Of a stretch of DNA of 64,000 nucleotides, positions 1 to 12,841 are shown in pieces (position 1 is the stretch's first letter; each line of letters begins with the position of its first letter). Source of the stretch: Dimorphilus gyrociliatus (lineage: Eukaryota > Animalia > Annelida); NCBI GenBank assembly GCA_904063045.1, contig CAJFCJ010000024.1, forward strand, positions 434,001 to 498,000, given 5' to 3'. The notes under the pieces are model-generated. The model had not been told where the DNA came from, did no database searches, and saw nothing but the letters and a program-made list of their open reading frames with translations. The position numbers and the translations under genes were made by a program.

Positions 1-539
1 TCAGTCTCTATATAAAAAATTGAGGAATACTTAGGAAATGCATCGCTGAGAAGCGGAAAGGATTATGTAGATTATTCGATTTGTTTAGGAGGAATGCTAT
101 TACAGAAGGACGAATTGGGGTTTCTTTTTTTTTTACATTGATAATATTTTCGTGAGTTTATGCTTAGAAGCTAAAATTGGTTTGTTAGTACTCTTTTCTA
201 AAGTTAAATAAGGAATATTTCAGATATTCAGATCGCTTCTCCACCAAGAAATGTGGGAATTAATCATTTAGATTAGTGATCATGACTTTGTCATTTACTT
301 CCTTTTTCGACTTCCAAAATGTCGAATATATCCGATCAATTTGACTTTGATAGACGTGTTTATTTTTTAAAGGAAAAGATTGTGTAGAAGGTTTTTGTGG
401 AAAGTTTCAGAATGGCTACAATTCTGATAGTCACAATTAATACTGTTTAAGAATCTCCGTATACCATTAATGTCAACTTAATTTATTAAAAAAATTCGTC
501 CTTAGCAACGCTTCTAATTGTTGACTTGTTTTTTTTTAG

Positions 540-3500
540 TTATACGAATTAATGGACATAATAAGTTACCAAAACCTCATGGATTTGATGCTACCTCTAG
601 TATATTGAGTTCAGACTTAGAAACGACGAGTTTTGTTGATTCAGAAGATGATGCCTACAGTCGGTTCTCTTCGGCCACTGATACAACGTGTTCAGCGTAC
701 ATGCAACGATATCGCCAAAGGCGTCGACGGCGTCATCGACCGCCACCAATTAGTCGAGCCTCCTCCTTCTCGTCCATTACCGATTCAACTATGTCCCTTA
801 ACATAATTACCGTCACTTTGAATATGGGTAAGTTTTTTTTTTTACAGCCAAGTTTATGTTGTTGTAAAGTGATCAAGATTGGGAGATGGCCAGTATTGAT
901 CGGAAGCTTGGTGTCCGGGGGGTGTTTTTTAATTTCCTCTCTTAACGAAAATATCGATGAAAGCGTCAACCTTTCTTTTCCAATTTACTACAGATACCAT
1001 CAACTTCCTTGGAATAAGTATAGTTGGACAGAGTAATAAAACAGGAGATGGTGGTATATATGTTGGCTCAATTATGAAAGGAGGAGCCGTAGCTCAAGAT
1101 GGGCGAATTGAACCTGGTGATATGATATTGGAAGTCAACGGTGTCAGTTTTGAGAATATGAGTAACGACGATGCTGTTCGTACTCTTAGGGAATCCGTAC
1201 TCAAACCTGGACCTATAACGCTAGTCGTGGCTAAATGCTGGGATCCCAATCCAAAAGGTTACTTTACAGTACCCAGACAAGAACCTGTCCGGCCAATAGA
1301 TCCTGGTGCATGGATAGCACATACTACAAATGCTCTCCAGGGACGATATACTAGTACATCTTCCATGACATCGTCGAATCCCGATTCCGAACGGTCAATT
1401 CAGAATCTCACAGCAGATGCTGATATGACAACTGTAGTTAGAGCTATGGCCCAGCCTGATTCTGGTTTAGATATCAGAGATAGACAATGGCTAAAAATAA
1501 CAATACCTAACGCTTTTATCGGTTCAGACCTAGTCGATTGGCTGAATACGCATGTTGAGGGATTCGCAAGTAAGAAAGATGCTAGGAAATATGCTTGCAA
1601 CTTGCTTAAAGCAGGTTATATAAGGCATACAGTAAATAAATTAACGTTTTCGGAGCAGTGCTATTATGTATTTGGAGATATTTGTGGAGGTTTGTAAAAT
1701 TATTATTAGCATTCATTATTCATATATAAGGGATATAGGATATTAGATGGGCATCTTTTACTTGATTTCTGAACATTTTCTATTTATTGATATTTTTTTT
1801 GCCATTTAATTAATTGTTCTTTCGATTTCATCTTTACTAGAATGTGATGAAATCGTAAAGAAAGAGAAAGCACATATCTCATATATATATATTTATATAA
1901 GATATATTTCATTCATTCATTAAACATTAATATCTTTTATGATTTTAGTTTCCATATTTTATTCTACCCAATTTATATCTTAATATATAAACATAATATC
2001 TCTTCCTTATATATGTAATTATTTTCTTGTTTTTTTTTATTACTATTATTCTTACCCTTAATTTATATGAGTTGAAAACAATTGAACAGCCTCGAGCAGA
2101 GATTTAGATTCCCAGACAAGTTTGACGTCGAGCGGGTCGAGCGTGTCTAATTTTATGCCGACTATGACTGGTAGTTAGTATAGACGGAGCTTTATTAGGA
2201 TTTTTTTTTTAACTAGACAGAGACAATTAACGCTTTCGTTGTTTATAAATATATACAATATGTATATAAATATCTATATAAATGATAAAAAGACTTTATT
2301 TAGTTGAACAGTTTACTAGCTTATATATATTTTTTTCCCTCTTGATTCTTTCCTGAATTTTTTTGTTTACATTTTCCGTTTTTGGAAATTTCTATATTTG
2401 TTTATCTTTCTAATTAATCAGTTTTATTTTCAAGAAAATTCTGTACTTGTTAATTCTAAAACTAATAATGCTGCTTTTTTTCTACTTTTTACTTCTTCTT
2501 TTTAACTAGAGAGTAAGTAGAGAGATGATGAAGGAGAATATTTATTTACTATTTTAATACTAAACTATCTGATGGAAATATTCATTTATAATTATTATTC
2601 TCCTTCCCCTTTCACCCCTCTACGTACTAACTGGTCGTAACATAATCTTTTTCTATAAATATTCAATTCGTCGTTTGCTACCTCAGATTTATCATCCTTG
2701 ACTCTGGGGGATATCGATTCTGTATCCGAGGTTAACAATGAAAGAGATACGCTTGGACCTTTACCTCCACCGCAATGGGCTCCCCACGGCTATACTCATA
2801 ATCCTTACGGGCCCTCACCCTTTGTACCACCTAACCCACAAGCCCCTAACTTCCTACCTCCCCCACCAAATATCAGACCAGCTGCTCCAATGATGATGGG
2901 AGGATTAGGAGTGGTAAATACTGGTGGAGCGGACTCTGCCTCTTACGTTTCAATGCCTCCTCAAGCAAACGGTGCTGATGCTGCTACTAGCGTTTATAGT
3001 GGATCTGGTGCGTTTTTTTATTCAATTTTTTTTTTGTACATTACTGTCAATATTGTCATTCGTTGTTGCATTATTTGCATGGCCTTGACTTTTATAATTG
3101 GATTATCATTTACTTACTTTTTGTCAGAAAATTGTTGGCAAAAAAGTCCAAATATTTTATTAAACCAAGCTAGTTGTACGTAAAAACGTGGAGTAATTAG
3201 TTAAAAGGAAACTCATTTTCTATCTACTAGAGCCAAGAAACCAGGTTTCCATGGTAATAATATTTAGAAAAATTCGGCTGATCTAATTTAGCTGGGAGAA
3301 ATTTGACAAGATCAACCTATTTATATATAAAAATTATATATATATATACATATCTATAGTTGTAGATTTAAACATAAAATTTTATATATATATATATATC
3401 TCTCTATATATATATATAAAAAAAACAAACGCACTAAAATAACATTTGCCAACAGTTTGCCTCTCTTTTTATTAGTTCTACCGAAATAGTCTTTTTTTTC

Positions 3501-5827
3501 TGTTTCTGCAACAGTTTGTTGTTTATTTTTTTATTCAGGTGGAAAAAACAATGCTTGTGCATGCTTCGTGTCTCATACTTATAAGCAGCTGAAAAAATTA
3601 TGGATTGACAAGGGTAAACAACAACAACTGCAGTGTCCACACGGAAAAACTTACAAATTACCTTCCTACTTTGATCCGGATATTGATAGATCGACATCGT
3701 CTAGTTGCGGTTCGTGTTAGATATTTTATTTTCACCATCCCTCCTAATCATTTTTTTTACATTCTCATTTATACCTCTCTAATTTTGTTATTTTTTAATT
3801 ATAACTTTAAATAACACTATAATCTGCGCCTTTTTTACACCTTCAATTTATTTTATATATTTATACCTACATCTCATTTTTCTACCAAATGTTAAAGCTA
3901 TTTTTCTTCTTTACGTTGTTGTTTTGTTGTTGTTGTTGTTGTTGTTTTGACTTTGGCGGCAGTTCTGTTTTTCTTCAGGTCTTGAGAGACTTTACTTAGA
4001 TGTTTTATTTATTAATTGAACATATAAACACCACACAAACACACAAAATTCAAAGGTTGCACAAATTACGTATACTATATAAATAACGGAAATATTAATG
4101 CATATTTAACCTCTGATGGGAAAAAAGAGTTAGTGAAGCGTTCTCAAGCAGATGGCAAAAATCGGAAAATTCAATTAGGTTCTTGCCATTGATTGAAAAC
4201 GTTATTAGCTTGACCTTTTTTCAAAAGCAAACCCAATAATTTGATAAATTAGTGAACCTTTGGTTAACTTAAATTATAGCTTATTGAAATGGGGATTGTG
4301 TTGATAGGAGCAACCTATTAATTCTTTTCAAAAAAGAGAGTGAAAAAAAAACATCAATCTAACTTTGCCCTTTACGCTTCTACCATAAAAAAATCAAGCG
4401 TCAAAGTTTTTTTTGTACACGAAAGATAAAAGATACAGTCAGAATAGAAAAAAAAAGGCAAAGAGAAGGAAGTGGAGCGAGTACTGGGTGTGGGGAGAGA
4501 TAGACAGCAGCACACAGAGTAAAGTGAGAGACAGAGAATAAAAAAATGGGAAAAGCTTGCATTTCTATGATAGACAGAGAGAAAACTGAGCAGGGATCCG
4601 TTTATTTCCAATAGAGTTTAACAATTTGTATAAAAAAAGGGGGAAAATATGCAGAGAATATGATAATGTCAAACAATGGGCCAAAAGCTGCTGAATATGA
4701 ATGAAATATTATAAATTTTGAAGAGCTAAGATTTAAAACGTTATTAGAAAAAAAGGCGAATGAAATGTTTATTAGGTTATAGGATTTGAAGCTTAATAAC
4801 GTTTAATTTCCGGTATAGAGTACTATAAATAGTTTGGATCGGATTCTTAAGAAGAATTTACTAATTTCTTACTAATGTACCTAAATATTATTAGGAAGCA
4901 GCGCATCGGATCGAAGCCAAAAGAAGATAGAAATAAAGGAGCAAATAAATGTTCCCGAAGAAAGTGATGGTAATAATAGCGTCGTTGAAAGGGCTTTACC
5001 CCCGCCTCCAAGGCAACTACAATTGCAGAATGATGATATATCGGCCAGCAGGCAAAGTTTTCGATTAGCTATGGGAAATCCTTGTAAGTTTATATATTAT
5101 TAAATAAGACATTTTCTTTCTATTAATAAAAACTTTTCCGTTCCGCTAAATGTTTATAAAAACAGGCAGGTAAAGTATAAAAATGGGAGGGACCTATATT
5201 GTTAATTGCACCTATCTTATGCCTATACTTTTTTTTATCTACTAAATGTTATTTCTTGTACGTTAATCAATTAAAGCATGAATGTAAAGTGAACTTTAAA
5301 AGGTTATAGAAAATCGGTGTTTCTTCAACGGTATAAGGAAATAATGAACAACTATTACATTTCTGTGTTCTAAAATAGCCGATTTTCAAAAGCATTTAAA
5401 TGAATAGTATTAGCAAAAAGTAATATAATTAGGACAAGAGAAAAAGAAAACATATATGAAATTTTGTTTTCCTTTTCTTTTCTCTCGCTCTCTTTTCTCT
5501 TTATCTCTCATTATCTCCACTTGTTAAAATCGTATTAACTTTTTATATTTTTTTGTACAAATAAGCATATTTACACAGCATCTCTATTTATATTTATTAT
5601 ATTTATTATATATATTTATTCATAAAATTGACACGCTTATTTTTTCCCTCTTCCAAAACTAAAACAATCAAACAAACCATTTAATTGTATTTATATATTA
5701 AATATTTATGTAAATTTATATATTAAAACAAAGCACTATTAACCTTAGAAGAACTCTCTAATTGACTAATTCTCTTTCTATTTCATTTTCAACAGGCGAT
5801 GACTTTCAAGATATGGGCCGAATCTAG
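540..5827 (+). CDS. dsh: Dishevelled (PDZ, DEP and C-terminal regions; DIX exons not identified, probably upstream of the window)
   Basis: Exons 540-827, 994-1689, [2090-2170 optional], 2687-3007, 4895-5083, 5796-5827, all GT-AG and phase compatible. Motifs: [91 protein letters not shown]...[32 protein letters not shown]. Confidence 0.95.
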
Positions 5828-6710
5828 TCCACACAGTATTTAATACTATATTTAAAACTATTTAAAAACAAAAAAACAAATAAGCCTCTAAAAGAAACGA
5901 ATGATGAAGAAAATAAGCCAAATTGACTTAGACTGACTTTTTTTTTGCCTGAAAATTATTTAACTTTATACTTTATACTGTTTGTTTTTTAAAAAAAAAT
6001 TCATTTATCGACACTGTTCTCTCTCTATATATATATATCTATATATATCTATATATAACAAATATGTAAATCATTTTTTGTTTTCGATATATTTATAATA
6101 TCATAGACAAAACTTTGAAAGGAAACAAAAGAAAACAAATGAAATTCAAAGATGAAGATGAAGATAGCTTTTTTTTTGTTACTATATTTTTTCTTTTTAT
6201 TTTGATTTATATCATTTTACATATTTATATACATATAGAAAAAAGACAAAAACAATACTAAACCTTTTTTTGCTGCAGTTGTACAAGAGTTATAAAAGAA
6301 AATAATAATACAGGATTGTCGTGTGCATCTTTTTTTTATTTTGTTCTTTGGATAGAAATCATGCTCTACCAATATATATATATATATATACATATATACT
6401 AAAATATATATATATATGTGTATATATGTGCGTGGACAGTTTGTTATTTATATTTAATGTTTATATTTTTTTATCAAATAATTGGCTATATATTCGGATT
6501 TGAATAATTCCTTGAACATTTTATAACTATATAAATATTATTGAATTGAGTGTTCTATTCTCTAATTTATTTGTTTACACTTTTTCATTTATTTTTTTAA
6601 GAAAGTGAAAGTTAACATCATTTTTTATTAGTTGAATCTCAAAAAAGGAAAGAATAATCATTCTGAAACGAGAATAAAGTAAATAAAGAGAAGAAAACAA
6701 TATTTTCCTA

Positions 6711-9093
6711 TTATAGAATAATCGGAATTGATTTTAATAATTTAAAGACTAATTTCTTTAAAGAATCTTCTAACAAACCACATAAAGAATTTAATCTTTT
6801 TATAATAGTTTCGTTAAAATCCATCATTTCTTCTGTGCATTTAATTAGCTTCTTTGTCTCTAATCTAGCGAGTTCTATTTGCTGAATGATATCCTTGACA
6901 ATAATGTTATACTTCTTTGTTCTTTGTAATAAATAGCAATAGCAAGTTAAATAATCAGCCCTATATAAAGTTATATAGCAAAATTGAAGGCTTTTTAGCG
7001 CATGTGCATATAAATCAGCGCTAAACGCTTGCCTTCTCCTATTATATTGAGGATTTTGAGATGAACACCGCCATCTATATGCTATAAATTTCGCTTTACA
7101 TTTGACCACCTTAAAATTAAACCTCTTGAATGAATCGTACGCTTTTATTGCCTTCGATAAATTATCATCAACTGTAATCTCATCTTCCAATTGCCAATTA
7201 TCAGATTCCTTGTACTCAATTCTTTGAATAATTTTCTCAAAGATGCTATTCTCTTTACAATTTAAAGGCCAATGACAATCAAGTTTACAAATACAGCAGA
7301 AAAATTCCCCGCAGTCGCATTCCAGAATTCCCATACTATTGTTACAGTTTTTAATAAAAACCATGCAGCATTCGTTATTCCTACATCTGGGTCCTAATTG
7401 ATAAATTTTCTCTAAACTTCTCCTTTTCTTTGTTGTAAAATAATGATGGAAGCCATACATTGATATTAAGATTGGTAGTGGTATTTTCTCTTTACATTCA
7501 GTTAATATACATTCAGTATTATTAATATCGGAACGCATCCAACAGTCCTTGCAAAACCGATGTCCACATTTTAATCCATAACCATCATTTTTCGAGTAGC
7601 AAATTGCACAAATAAAAGTGAGATCTTTACTAAATTCTACTGGAGGTATTTTATCAAGTAACTTGAAATGTTCATCCTCCTTTTGATCATTTAAAAGTAA
7701 CTGTTTAATACTAATAGATTCCTGAGTACAATTAATAAACGATAATAGCCAATTACTAATAATCTTATCTGTTTTGTTTCTAAATAGTATATTATCATTC
7801 GTATTGGTTTTTCCTATTAAATTATCGTCATCTCCAATTAGAGAAAATAGTTCCGATTGATGAATCCATTTTGAATATTTTCCAATGAGAAAACCTAATA
7901 GTTTTCGAAAGGATTTTACTTTTATTGTATCGGTAAATTGAATATTAGAATTAGGAAAACATTGAAGATTGGTACCATTCTCTAATTTAATAACAATATC
8001 TTTTGAACTGTTTGGACACTCTGTTAGTTCTAGCTTAGTCATAAATATAAAGTTGTTAATAATACATTCTGAAACGTTCTTTCTCTTAAAGCCTTTAGAA
8101 AGTCTCTTTGAAAAGTCAAGCATTATTGTTAATGGTTTAGTAGAATATTCATCTAAAATTGCAATATCTTCTGACCGACTATCTTTAATAAATGAACTAA
8201 GAGCTTCCTTAGGAATTATAGCAAATGGTTTATTCAATATATTCTCCTTCCTTTTCTCCTTTTCTCCTATTTCTATTTGTTGGCATAATCTTAAATTTCT
8301 TAAAATTCTTATCTGTCTTTCCGATTCTTTATCGAGCGAATTTTCATTAATAAAAGAATCTATAATAGTTAATTAATAACAATATTATAAGATAACATCA
8401 ATTAATTAACTTACCAATCAAATGTTTGAATACGGGAAGACATCTACGTTTTCGTTTAGGTTTCTTTTGCAGTTTTTTAGTTGATTGATAAGAAGTAATA
8501 GGACTTTTACGATACATTTCGTAGAGTATTTCGAAATCATAAGTACCACGAAATTCTTGAATATGAGGATCATCTCCACAAAGATAATCTACATATAAGT
8601 CTTTATCGTGGGAAAACGTTTTTACCGCAGATCTAGATAATCCTTTTGAATTAGTGTAGGAAAAGGTCTGACCCCGTCTCCTAAAATCTACGGTAGTCTT
8701 GTCTATCATACCAATACTATAGCTATTTCCACATAGATACTTATTCTTTAAATGAGCGTCTAGCAACCATCTTTTCTGCTTGTTTAACGAATAGAAAAAG
8801 GGGTCTGAATGACCATATTCCTCTGGATTTCGAGCAATATTTAATACTAAACTATCATGAATTATAAAATGATTCCCTTCAATATTATTGAGAGATTCGT
8901 CTACAGTTATATCATTATTATTGAAGACAATCCATTTTCTTACAAGTTCTTTGTTAGATAAACGATCTGCATCACTACTCTTTCCAGTCCTTATAGTATT
9001 GCCGGTTCTAATGTTGCAGCGATGTTTTTTATGAGGATATGCTCTAGTAGGTTTTTCGAAGAAATTCTCGTCGCACCCATCATTATCGAGCAT
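6711..9093 (-). CDS. Ariadne-like RING1-IBR protein without RING2 (about 775 aa, two exons)
   Basis: ORFs 8398-9093 and 6711-8237 join in frame through a 55-nt intron (GTAAGT at 8414, TAG acceptor at 8360): exons 9093-8415 and 8359-6711. RING1 CAIC..CGHRFCKDC..C..C and IBR C-x4-C..CDCGEFFCCICKLDCHWPLNC are followed by a helical C-terminus. Confidence 0.75.
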
Positions 9094-9248
9094 AATCAGG
9101 ATACTCTTCTATATGCAAAAGTATATAGCGCTGTTATAATTATCTTGCAGGTATAAGCTTTAAAATAATTGCCCATTCAGTAAATTTTTCATTCAATAAC
9201 AATATGCCTCAACGTACATAGTTACTGTTGTAATGGCAACACGTGATA

Positions 9249-9260
9249 TTTGGCGGGAAA
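9249..9260. promoter_or_regulatory. E2F-type site TTTGGCGGGAAA in the divergent intergenic region
   Basis: Exact match to the E2F consensus (TTTCCCGCCAAA on the minus strand), about 160 nt upstream of the RBR-like ATG. Confidence 0.4.
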
Positions 9261-9702
9261 TATGAAATTAACAAAGTACTGTTGTAGCATATTGTTTAAA
9301 GAAACTAATTAATTAATTATTAGTTGAATTTAAAACTTGTTTATTAAGAACTTATTAAATATTAGATAATTGAAAGAAATATCAAAGAAATTTATATGAA
9401 AAAGTGATAGAAGAGTCTTTAAATTAAGCTTTTTAGATAATCCTTTTAAAATGTATATTAAATATTCTTTTTAATATTTTTTAATAATCTATAAAGATTA
9501 TAAAAAAAGTTAATATAATCATATGTTAAGATGAATTTAAATCATTGAGCCTAGGTAGAATGACTCAGCTCCATTTTAACCATGAGCGGTGTCCACATTG
9601 AGATGATATTTGCACACGCTCGTGTAGGGTTAAAACCAGCCTGCCTTACCTCCTCACCTCTCTGCCTATCTGTACAGCACCGCCTTTCACTCCCTCTCTT
9701 TC

Positions 9703-9738
<36 letters not shown>

Positions 9739-9820
9739 CACTTGCGTGTTCTCGTTTATACTTTTTTGTACTCAAGAGTAGGATAATTCTGCTAAATCGG
9801 CTGATTACTACTATTTCTAT

Positions 9821-10482
9821 ATGGCTTCCGCAAATTCAAGAGAACCAACTGTTTGTATGTAAAAGCTAAAAGTTTATATGATCTATAAATGACATTTTAC
9901 TGATGATTTTTTTGGATATTTTGTAGATGAAAGGCCTCATAAGGACGATACCACTGCTATAATTGTTCTAAGTCTTCCTAATTATAAACCACAGCGTTCA
10001 GGTATTTTTGGCAAAAAGGAATCAAATGCAAAAGAGCCAACGATAACTTTTACTGAAAAGTACGTATATCAAGTACAGAATAGATAAATAATTTAAGTCA
10101 TATTAAAGAGTATTAATTACGGAAAATTTCAAATAAATGAGGCAAATTTATGACCACTAGAGGGCATTCTATTTCCTGTGAAAACAAAAGTGTTTTAATA
10201 GTATAATTTTTTATGTATCTATTTATTATATTGTTGTTTTTTTCTTGAAATTTAGTTCATTCGAATTTCAACTGGAATTTAAAGATAATAAATATACACC
10301 GTTTTATCTAGAGAAGAGTTTGCCTTATAAAATACTTCCAGACCAGTGTAAATGGACTCCGGTTAGATTTGCACTTTATCTAATTACTTGTCGTTTATAT
10401 ACCAATTTCTTTTGAATAACAGGTTCTAGCTAAGGGTAAAGAGCCGAATGCAATAGAAATAACGTTAAAAAAGGCAGAATAA
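9821..10482 (+). CDS. Small stand-alone CS (p23/HSP20-like) domain protein, 110 aa; absent from the ORF track
   Basis: Exons 9821-9854, 9927-10059, 10256-10361, 10423-10482 (333 nt, GT-AG) give MASANSREPTVYERPHKDDTTAIIVLSLPNYK...TITFTENSFEFQLEF...LPYKILPDQCKWTPV...NAIEITLKKAE, which fits the CS pattern L-x3-I-x-P-x2-[SC]-x-W..IEITLKK. Confidence 0.7.
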
Positions 10483-11484
10483 TAATTGATTTGTTATTTT
10501 TGATACAATAAATAGAAAATTGATAACAAGAAACATGGGAATTTCTACAATTGTATATTATATAAACATTATATAAGCATAGGTACTTTCTATATTATAC
10601 AGTACATGAAAAAAATTCAACATTAATTGAATTGTTCCATAAATGCGTTCTTGGTAAAACAAAGAAATTCAAAAATGAAAATTTAAGTTTCTTTAATTGT
10701 TGTACATTTACAAAAATTTATCTGTATACACCAACATATTAGGCGTAGACACGTAAAGAGATTCATTACAGTTAGAAAATGAAATGAAACAGAGAATATA
10801 AACATTTAATGATAAACAACATGAGCATAATATTTTGCAGGTATATAAATTAATAATTAACTGGTGGAGGGGGGGAATTGATAAATTTTTTGAACATATT
10901 AATATGTGAACCTTTATAAGCATTCTTATAACTTTACAGATTGAATTTCGAATGGATGAGAAACTCATTAAAACCACTGTAAATAAAACACTGTAAGAGT
11001 TAGAATAACTTTATAAATGAACATAAATGCTTTCTATTAATTTTAAATCTATTTTCAAAAATCTATTCAAGTTTTTTTAAAGCTATCTTAACTATTCTTT
11101 TCTTTCACTTTAAAAAATGTTTTAAAACGTCTTCACTTGAATCTCTAGAGAAAAAGAAATCATATTAAACATATATCTAAGTTTCAATATATATCTCTCT
11201 TTAAATATAAAAAAATCTTTATATTAAATAATAATTATAGCAAGAAAATAATTATGATATTTAATATAATTCAAGAATAATTTAATGCTTATAGAATTCA
11301 GTCCTAATTTTATGCTAGAATTCTTAAAAGCCAATTACTTTAAAAGTGCAGAATCAGTAAGTAAATTATTCATTTCTCTCACTCTTTACTCCCATAGTTT
11401 CTCATCCGTCGAAACTCTATTACAAAGTTTTAGAATGTGAACAAAGAAATATTAATCTCTCTTCACCCTCTTAACAATAGTCTT

Positions 11485-12841
11485 CTAAACTCGTGGTGCA
11501 ACATCGTCGTCTTTATCATCGTCCACTTCTGTTTCTTCTGTATCGCTATCGTTTGGGACCAATCTATTATTGTGTATATTAGCATATTCTTCTGCTAGAA
11601 CATCGTTTGATACCAGATCTAAACAATCCTCTGCTTCTCTTCTACTATGTTGTTGATAGGGAGGTGGTAATTCAAAAGTTGAACTGTTTCTGACACTACT
11701 AGCGTCAATCTCCTCTTGATAAAGGGGGGGAGGCTCCCAAAATGGGGCTATTATAGCCGGTGTGACTAAAACATTCTCTGCAATTGAGGCTCTTTCTACT
11801 TGAGTATTTTGACTATTTTCCCTCCTCGATGAATTAGAATTAGTTAATCTAGTATTAATAAGTATTCCAAGTATATTTTACTAATAGTAAAGTAATATAT
11901 ATTTAAAATCTTACTTTGATCTTTGAATACAGACTATTCCCAGCCATAAAACAGCTACAAGAAGAATAAATATAGCTACGATGCAACCGAGTACTAAACC
12001 AATATCTATAGATCTATAGGTCTTTTGATATTGTTTCCTCCCTAAATTCAACAAGCTTGTTAAACCATATTCGATAGTTAAGTATCTCTAAATATCGATT
12101 ACTGACCTGGTATATCGCTAGTGTCACAATTTTCATTGTTTGAGTTATCTTCTAATCCACAATGCATGTAACCGTCGCACAAAAGATTTCTTGATATGCA
12201 TATTCCAGATAATCTACACAAGAATTCACCTTCTTGACACATTTTGACTTCATAGTTTGGTATTGAGAAGGCTGTTACAATTGCTATAAAGCCTGTAAAC
12301 TCTGAAGTGATTTTTCCTTGAAAAAACAATGCTAAGTCTGAAGAGGGAAAACTGGCATATTCCATTAAAACATCTTCACTTCCTTTCCATTTCCTTCCTA
12401 TTCTATCATAATTACCGTAAACTCCATAATGACTTTTAGTAAGACGTTTTTGCTTTGAAAACCCGGCATATATTTCAACACCATCGTTTGTTTGCGTTCG
12501 ATCATCAATTCTGACTTTTTCAAAGTACATTCGAAGATGACGTTTACTGTGAGTTTGATTTTGATGGGCTTGTAAAATTGAATAGCATGCGATCATTTCA
12601 TTCGGAATTTGTTCAACTAATTCCAATTTAATAGAGTCAATAACATGTATAACACCTGGATTTTCTGTATAGCTATTTGGATCTCTACAATTGTTTTTAT
12701 ACATATAAACCGTTCTTAGACCTGTAAGGGAAGAAATGCGTCATTGAATAGTAAACAAATAAAATGGTCTGACAAAATACCTTCAGCAACATATGACAAT
12801 TGTAGGCAAAATAGTGGCAAAAGTAAATATCCAACGAACAT
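11485..12841 (-). CDS. Type I membrane protein: signal peptide, CUB-like, LDLa, TM, cytoplasmic PY motifs (about 388 aa)
   Basis: Exons 12841-12781, 12721-12107, 12041-11915, 11848-11485. Signal MFVGYLLLPLFCLQLSYVAEG; LDLa CQEGEFLCRLSGICISRNLLCDGYMHCGLEDNSNNENC; TM IGLVLGCIVAIFILLVAVLWLGIVCI; tail motifs PPPLY and PPPY. Confidence 0.8.

Noticed and set aside
733-1600. Minus-strand ORFs 733-969 and 1400-1600
   Set aside because: Antisense shadows of dishevelled exons.
3008-3183. Hydrophobic TM-like tail of ORF 2698-3183
   Set aside because: Read-through past the G|GTGCGT donor into a T-rich intron.
7969-8376. 135-aa plus-strand ORF
   Set aside because: Antisense to the RBR-like gene.
10708-10977. 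89-aa minus ORF and splice-like signals on the plus strand
   Set aside because: No consistent frame or recognisable protein.
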